This document shows, piece by piece, positions 58,598-64,000 of a DNA stretch of 64,000 nucleotides; the stretch's first letter is position 1, and each line of letters begins with the position of its first letter. The DNA comes from Chloroflexota bacterium (GTDB lineage: Bacteria; Chloroflexota; UBA11872): contig DAOUHO010000110.1 of assembly GCA_034428595.1 (NCBI GenBank), positions 112-64,111 on the forward strand. The letters are read 5' to 3'. Position numbers and translations under genes: made by a program. The notes beneath the pieces are model-generated. The model saw only the letters and a list, made by a program, of their open reading frames with translations. It did not search any database and was not told where the DNA came from.

Positions 58598-59737
58598 ATG
58601 AGATTCGGCATCGCGCTCGTCGCGCTTTTCGGCGTGCTGGTCCTGGCAATGGCCTGTGGGGACAGCGACAGGACTTCGGAGCGCCTCACGGGCACCGCGA
58701 CCCCAACGCTATCGGCCAACGAAGGATCAGAGTCTGGCGACGAAAGTTCGGAGCGCCTCACGGTCATCGCGACCATCTACCCGCTGGGGTACTTCGCCGA
58801 GCGCGTCGGCGGTGACCGGGCCGAAGTCACCGTGCTCGTTGACCCCGGCGTTGAAGCACACGGCTACGAGCTCACATCGTCCGAATTGCTGAAGCTTGGC
58901 GACGCGGACGTGATCGTGATGAATGGGCTCGGTCTCGAGCCATGGATGGATCGGGCGATGGAGGCTGTCGAAGTTGACCTTTCGGCACTGGTCGTGGAAG
59001 CGGCCGACCCGGGGCTGGCCATGGAGGGCGAAGTCCATATGCACGACGACGAAGAGGAGCACCACGACGATGAGGAAGGTGAGCACGCCGACGAAGAGGG
59101 GCACCACGACGACGAGGATGCCGACGAAGAAGGTCACCACGACGACGAGGACGACGGTGACCATGGCGACGAGCACGCCGACGAACACGGCCACGGCGAC
59201 GAGGCGAGCGGACTCGATCCCCACTTCTGGCTCAGCCCGACGACGGCTGCGCGACAGGTCGAGCGCATCCGTGACGCATTCATCACGGTGGATGCGGCCA
59301 ACACCGCCACCTACCGGCAGAACGCGGACGAGCTGATCGCCGATTTGAATGAGCTCGATCAGGGATTCGCCGAGGGCCTCGCCGCTTGCAAGCACGATCA
59401 CTTCGTGACCTCGCACGCGGCCTATGGCTATCTGGCCGCGCAATACGGCATTGAGCAAATCGCGTTGGCCGGATTCTCCCCACAAGTAGAGCCCTCGCCG
59501 CAGCGGCTAGCCAGCGTGGCGGACCGCGTGACCGACCTGGGCTTGGGGCATGTCCTGGTCGAGCCGGTGCTCAGTGACCGCCTGGCGCAGACGATCGCCC
59601 GCGAAACCGACATTGAGCTCCTCATCATCCACGCCATCGAGAGCGTGACGGCGAACGAGCTCGAGGCGCACGGTGATTACTTCGGCCTCATGCGCGACAA
59701 CCTGGCGAATCTCAGGGTCGCGTTGGAATGTGAATAA
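58598..59737 (+). CDS. znuA: zinc ABC transporter substrate-binding lipoprotein (ZnuA/TroA family) with His/Asp/Glu-rich loop
   Basis: 379 aa; GGAGG 7 nt upstream; lipobox LAMAC; 56-aa acidic His-rich loop HMHDDEEEHHDDEEGEH...HGHGDE (nt 59036-59203). Confidence 0.8.
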   Translation: MRFGIALVALFGVLVLAMACGDSDRTSERLTGTATPTLSANEGSESGDESSERLTVIATIYPLGYFAERVGGDRAEVTVLVDPGVEAHGYELTSSELLKLGDADVIVMNGLGLEPWMDRAMEAVEVDLSALVVEAADPGLAMEGEVHMHDDEEEHHDDEEGEHADEEGHHDDEDADEEGHHDDEDDGDHGDEHADEHGHGDEASGLDPHFWLSPTTAARQVERIRDAFITVDAANTATYRQNADELIADLNELDQGFAEGLAACKHDHFVTSHAAYGYLAAQYGIEQIALAGFSPQVEPSPQRLASVADRVTDLGLGHVLVEPVLSDRLAQTIARETDIELLIIHAIESVTANELEAHGDYFGLMRDNLANLRVALECE

Positions 59738-60509
59738 CGTCCGCCCGTCGCCGCCTCCCGTCATCGAATGGGATCGCGTGACCTTCGCGTACGGCGAGGC
59801 GGTGGCGGTGGAGGACGTATCACTCACCATCCATGCCGGCGAGCTGGCGGCGATCTTGGGACCCAACGGCAGCGGCAAGAGCACCCTGATCCGGCTTGCC
59901 CTCGGTCTGCTCCGCCCGCTAGCGGGATCGGTACGGCTCTTCGGGCGCAATGCCCAGGACTTTGCCGATTGGGGCCGCGTCGGCTACATGCCGCAGGTGG
60001 TGGCCGGGGCCTGGCGCGACTTTCCCGTCACCGTCGCCGAAACGGTGGCCCAGGGGGCGTATCGCGGCATCTCCCCCTTCGCGCTGTTTCATCGCTCCGA
60101 GCGCCCCGAGGTCATCGAGGCGCTCGAGGCGGTGGACATGGCTTCCTACAAGGGACGGCGTCTGTCGCAACTCTCCGTCGGCCAACAGCAGCGCGTGCTC
60201 TTGGCCCGGGCGCTCGTGCGTCAGCCCGAGCTGATCGTGCTCGACGAGCCGGCGGCCGGCATTGACGTGTCCGGCGAGGAGCAGCTGTACGCCGTGCTCC
60301 GCGACCTCAATCGCGAGCGCAACATCACCATCGTGCTGGTGTCGCACGACATTGGGGCCATGCTGCGCGAGGCCAGCACCGTCGCCTGCATGAACCGCAC
60401 CCTGGTCCGTCACGGGCCGCCCCACGAGCTCACCAACGGTGAAATGGCCATGCTCTACGGCGCGCCCGTCAACGTGCTGGTCCACGACGCGCTCCACGAA
60501 CACCGCTAG
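59730..60509 (+). CDS. znuC: zinc ABC transporter ATP-binding protein
   Basis: GTG start overlapping znuA stop; Walker A GPNGSGKST, signature LSVGQQQR, Walker B LIVLDEPAAGID. Confidence 0.8.
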   Translation: MNNVRPSPPPVIEWDRVTFAYGEAVAVEDVSLTIHAGELAAILGPNGSGKSTLIRLALGLLRPLAGSVRLFGRNAQDFADWGRVGYMPQVVAGAWRDFPVTVAETVAQGAYRGISPFALFHRSERPEVIEALEAVDMASYKGRRLSQLSVGQQQRVLLARALVRQPELIVLDEPAAGIDVSGEEQLYAVLRDLNRERNITIVLVSHDIGAMLREASTVACMNRTLVRHGPPHELTNGEMAMLYGAPVNVLVHDALHEHR

Positions 60510-60511
60510 TC

Positions 60512-61402
60512 ATGCCCTCGATCTTTCTCTACGAGTTCATGCTGCGCGCCCTCGCCGGCGGCGTGCTCGTGGGCATGCTGGCGCCCACGCTCGGGGTATT
60601 CGTCGTGCTGCGGCGTTTTTCGCTCATTGCCGACACGCTCGCGCACGTGGCGCTGATGGGCGTGGCCGTGGGACTGGCGACCAATACGTTTCCGTCGGTG
60701 GTGGCGCTGGTGGCGGCCTCTCTTGGGGCCATCATTGTCGAGCAGTTGCGTTCGCGCGGTCGGCTGCCGGGCGACATGGCCATGGCCGTGGTGCTGTACG
60801 GGTCCCTCGCGTTTGCCGTCGTCGTTATTGGGATTGCCGGCGGCTTCAATGTCGACCTCTTCTCATTCCTGTTTGGCTCCATTCTCAGCGTGTCCCCGCT
60901 GGACCTGTGGCTCCTGGCCGGGATCACAGTCGCCGTGGTGCTGTTTGTCGGAGTGTTCTTCATCGACCTGGCGCAGATTGCCTTCGATGACGATCTGGCG
61001 AAGGTCAACGGGGTGCGGACCGGCGAGCTCAACCTGGCGCTGGCGGTATTGACGGGCGCCACCATCACCTTGTCCATGCGGGTCGTCGGCGTCCTGCTGG
61101 TGGGCGCCATGCTCGTGGTGCCGGTGATGGTTGGGCTGCGACTGGCGCGCGGTCTGCGGACCGCCATGCTCGCGGCCATCGTCGCGGGTGTGATCAGCGC
61201 CATCGTGGGGTTGACCATCGCGTTCTACGTCGACGCCTCGGCCGGCGGCGCGACCGTGCTCACGGCCCTGGGTCTGCTGGCGCTGGCCCATCTTTGGGTG
61301 GCCCTGCGGCGCTGGCGCCGCGGCGGGGGCGCCGGGCTTCCCGTTTCAGCGAGCCAAAACGGCCCGCCGGGTCGCCAGCACCAGCATCACCATCGTCATT
61401 GA
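60512..61402 (+). CDS. znuB: zinc ABC transporter permease (ABC-3 family) with His-rich C-terminal tail
   Basis: 296 aa, ~8 TM; tail ...SQNGPPGRQHQHHHRH. Confidence 0.8.
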   Translation: MPSIFLYEFMLRALAGGVLVGMLAPTLGVFVVLRRFSLIADTLAHVALMGVAVGLATNTFPSVVALVAASLGAIIVEQLRSRGRLPGDMAMAVVLYGSLAFAVVVIGIAGGFNVDLFSFLFGSILSVSPLDLWLLAGITVAVVLFVGVFFIDLAQIAFDDDLAKVNGVRTGELNLALAVLTGATITLSMRVVGVLLVGAMLVVPVMVGLRLARGLRTAMLAAIVAGVISAIVGLTIAFYVDASAGGATVLTALGLLALAHLWVALRRWRRGGGAGLPVSASQNGPPGRQHQHHHRH

Positions 61403-61844
61403 GCGCAGCCGGCGCGCGCTGATCGCCCCGGACGCGCGAAATCACGGTCGTGGCCGTACGCGCGTCAACGCGTCGGTCCGTCGTCGCGTGACATTGGACT
61501 GAGCCCCTTCAATCCCACGGCTCGGCTTAGCGCGCCAGCCGTAGCTGGGGACGCCCGACCGGGAATGGCCTCAGCCGCCCCCGCGAGTCGTTGAGCGGTG
61601 AATGATGACTTCGAAGTTGCTGCCGCGTTTCGTCATCGAATCGGATCACTTGTCGCTCGGCATCCACGCGAGGGCTGCGACCGCTGGGGAAGAGCGGCTT
61701 CGTTTATATGTGCCCGGCGCCATCAGGATCAGTCCGGATTTTCCGCGAGTCCCAGGATATGGCGGCGCCAATGAGACACACTCGCGATTGACGCTCTATA
61801 GTGACACTGCGTGTCGAAATACTTGTGCCGCCGGAGCCTAGTCA

Positions 61845-62927
61845 ATGAGATTCCGCATCGTGATCGTCGCAATTCTTGGAGCGCTGTTACTCACCGCCGC
61901 CTGCGGCGAAAGCGACACCACCTCCGACCGTCTCCAAGTCGTTGCCACGGTCTATCCGCTGGGTTATTTCGCCGAGCGTATCGGCGGAGACCGGGCCGAG
62001 GTCAACGTGCTGGTCGGGCCGGGGCTCGAGGCGCATGGATTCGAGCCCACGTCATCCGATCTGCTGGCTCTCGGCGACGCGGACGTGATCGTCATGAACG
62101 GGATCGGGCTTGAGCCCTGGATGGATGGGGCGATCGACGCCATTGGCGACGACCTGACCGCGGTTGTCGTGGAGGCGTCGGACCCGGCCCAGGCCATGGA
62201 AGGCGAAGTCCACGCCCACGGCGAGGAAGAGGGCGACCACGGCGATGAGGAAGCCGATGAGGAAGGCGACCACGGCGACGAGGAAGCCGATGAGGAAGGC
62301 GACCACGGCGACGAGGACGCCGACGCGGACGCTGACCACGACGAAGCAGAAGGCGAACACGGCGACGAAGAAGAGGGCGACCACGGGGATGAGGAAAGCG
62401 AACTCGACCCCCACATGTGGCTGAGCCCCACGCTGGCCGCCCATCAGGTCGAGCGCATCCGCGACGCCTTTATCGCGGCGGACGCGGACAACGCCGACGG
62501 CTACCGGCAGCGCGCGGACGAGGTGATCGCCGAGCTAGACGCGCTGGACCACGAGTTTGAGGAGAGCCTCGGCGCCTGCAAGCACGATCACTTCGTGACG
62601 TCGCACGCGGCCTACGGATATCTGGCCGCGCAGTTTGGCCTGGAGCAGATCGCGGTTGCCGGGCTGTCCGCCGACGTGGCGCCGTCGCCGCAGCGGTTGG
62701 CCAACGTGACCGACCGCGTGACCGAGTTGGGCCTGGGGCATGTCATGGTCGAGCCGGTGCTGAGCGACCGCCTGGCACAGACGATTGCCCGCGAAACCGG
62801 CATCGAGCTTCTCTCCATCCACGCTATCGGCAGCGTGACGGAGAACGAGCTCGAGGCGCACGGCGACTACTTCGGCCTCATGCGCGACAATCTCGCCAAT
62901 CTCAAGGTCGCGTTGGAATGTGAATGA
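61845..62927 (+). CDS. znuA: zinc ABC transporter substrate-binding lipoprotein (second copy), His/Asp/Glu-rich loop with internal 33-nt repeat
   Basis: 360 aa; lipobox LTAAC; loop HAHGEEEGDHGDEEADEEGDHGDEEADEEGDHGDEDADADADHDEAEGEHGDEEEGDHGDEE; ~80% identical to first ZnuA outside the loop. Confidence 0.8.
   Translation: MRFRIVIVAILGALLLTAACGESDTTSDRLQVVATVYPLGYFAERIGGDRAEVNVLVGPGLEAHGFEPTSSDLLALGDADVIVMNGIGLEPWMDGAIDAIGDDLTAVVVEASDPAQAMEGEVHAHGEEEGDHGDEEADEEGDHGDEEADEEGDHGDEDADADADHDEAEGEHGDEEEGDHGDEESELDPHMWLSPTLAAHQVERIRDAFIAADADNADGYRQRADEVIAELDALDHEFEESLGACKHDHFVTSHAAYGYLAAQFGLEQIAVAGLSADVAPSPQRLANVTDRVTELGLGHVMVEPVLSDRLAQTIARETGIELLSIHAIGSVTENELEAHGDYFGLMRDNLANLKVALECE
62247..62312 (+). 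repeat. coding direct repeat 2 x 33 nt (gaggaagccgatgaggaaggcgaccacggcgac) within znuA-2 metal-binding loop
   Basis: perfect tandem copies read directly. Confidence 0.8.
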
Positions 62928-63700
62928 CGTCCGCCCCGCCGCCGCCTCCCGTCATCGAATGGGATGAAGTGACCTTCGCGTACGGCGAGGCGGTGGCGGT
63001 GGAGGACGTGTCGCTCACCATCCACGCCGGCGAATTGGCGGCGATCTTGGGGCCCAACGGCAGCGGCAAGAGCACGCTGATTCGTCTGGCCCTCGGTCTG
63101 CTGCACCCGACCTCCGGCACCGTGCGACTGTTCGGGCGCGATGCCGAGGACTTCGCCGATTGGGACCGCGTCGGCTACATGCCGCAGGTGGTGGCCGGGG
63201 CCTGGCGCGACTTTCCGGTCACCGTCGCTGAGACGGTGGCCCACGGGGCCTACCGCGGCATTGCCCCGTTTGCGCTGTTTCACCGCTCCAAGCGGCCCGA
63301 GGTCGTGGCGGCGCTTGAAGCGGTTGGCATGGCCGGCTACATGGGCCGTCGCCTGTCGGAGCTTTCCGTCGGTCAGCAGCAACGGGTGCTGCTGGCCCGG
63401 GCGCTTGTGCGTCGCCCCGAGTTGATCGTGTTGGACGAACCCGCGGCCGGTGTTGACGTCTCGGGCGAGGAGCAACTGTACGCCGTGCTCCGTGACCTCA
63501 ACCGGCAGCGCAACATCACCATCGTGCTCGTGTCGCACGATATTGGGGCCATGCTGCGCGAGGCCAGCACGCTGGCTTGCATGAACCGCACGCTGGTTCG
63601 GCACGGCCCGCCCCATGAGCTCACCAGCGAAGAAATCGCCATGCTCTATGGCGTGCCGGTCGACGTGCTGGTGCACGACGCGCTCCACGAACACCGCTAG
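62924..63700 (+). CDS. znuC: zinc ABC transporter ATP-binding protein (second copy)
   Basis: 258 aa; ATGA overlap with znuA-2; ~90% aa identity with first ZnuC. Confidence 0.85.
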   Translation: MTSAPPPPPVIEWDEVTFAYGEAVAVEDVSLTIHAGELAAILGPNGSGKSTLIRLALGLLHPTSGTVRLFGRDAEDFADWDRVGYMPQVVAGAWRDFPVTVAETVAHGAYRGIAPFALFHRSKRPEVVAALEAVGMAGYMGRRLSELSVGQQQRVLLARALVRRPELIVLDEPAAGVDVSGEEQLYAVLRDLNRQRNITIVLVSHDIGAMLREASTLACMNRTLVRHGPPHELTSEEIAMLYGVPVDVLVHDALHEHR

Positions 63701-63702
63701 CC

Positions 63703-64000
63703 GTGCCCGCCATCCTGCTCTACGAGTTCATGGTGCGCGCCCTTGTCGGCGGCGTGCTGGTAGGGATCCTGGCGCCCACGCTTGGCGTCTTCATCGTGCT
63801 GCGGCGCTTTTCGCTGATCGCCGAGACGCTGGCGCACGTGGCGCTCATGGGCGTGGCCGTGGGATTGGCCACGAACACATTCCCGTCGGTGGTGGCTCTC
63901 GTGGCGGCGTCCCTTGGGGCGATCCTCGTCGAGCAGCTCCGCTCCCGCGGTCGGCTGCCCGGCGACGTGGCCATGGCCGTGGTGCTGTACGGCGCGCTCG
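63703..64000 (+). CDS. znuB: zinc ABC transporter permease (second copy), 5' part only (runs off window)
   Basis: GTG 63703 then VPAILLYEFMVRALVGGVLVGILAPTLGVFIVLRRFSLIAETLAHVALMG..., near-identical to first ZnuB N-terminus. Confidence 0.8.
   Translation, partial: MPAILLYEFMVRALVGGVLVGILAPTLGVFIVLRRFSLIAETLAHVALMGVAVGLATNTFPSVVALVAASLGAILVEQLRSRGRLPGDVAMAVVLYGAL

Noticed and set aside
61602-61841. 79-aa ORF in the spacer between the two znu operons
   Set aside because: No RBS, odd composition, overlaps the putative znuA-2 promoter; not called.

Overview
High-GC (~70%) bacterial chromosomal segment, gene-dense on both strands. Most of it is housekeeping and catabolic genes. These include an ornithine-cyclodeaminase-family enzyme, two enolase-superfamily dehydratases and three amidohydrolase-2 (lactonase-like) proteins. 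A sugar operon encodes a 2-hydroxyacid dehydrogenase, FGGY kinase, class II aldolase and epimerase. Also present are Dxs, HisI, a Fur-family regulator, CFA synthase plus acyl-CoA desaturase, an aquaporin, M23 and M24 peptidases, an MMPL transporter, ChrA, GH127 and BNR-repeat glycosidases, three PhyH-family dioxygenases, an Hsp20, and carbohydrate- and Liv-type ABC transporter components. The window ends in a tandemly duplicated znuA-znuC-znuB zinc-uptake operon. Anomalous or accessory content: (i) A ~2.5-kb low-GC island encodes a gamma-class N6-adenine DNA methyltransferase translationally coupled to a putative restriction endonuclease. (ii) A HigB(RelE/Gp49-like)-XRE antitoxin pair lies ~1.4 kb from it. 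(iii) A second low-GC island carries a tight three-gene operon of two DUF488 paralogs plus a 240-aa protein I cannot classify; this is the best candidate here for an undescribed system. (iv) A dispersed ~27-nt REP-like hairpin repeat family has at least 8 copies, including a tandem composite between convergent genes. (v) An apparent +1 frameshift splits a Rieske-domain protein. (vi) A HAIR-like (HspR-type) inverted repeat overlaps the hsp20 promoter, and a palindromic promoter-overlapping operator candidate lies upstream of znuA. No rRNA, tRNA, CRISPR array, transposase or integrase was recognised. All homology statements are from reading motifs by eye, with no database search.
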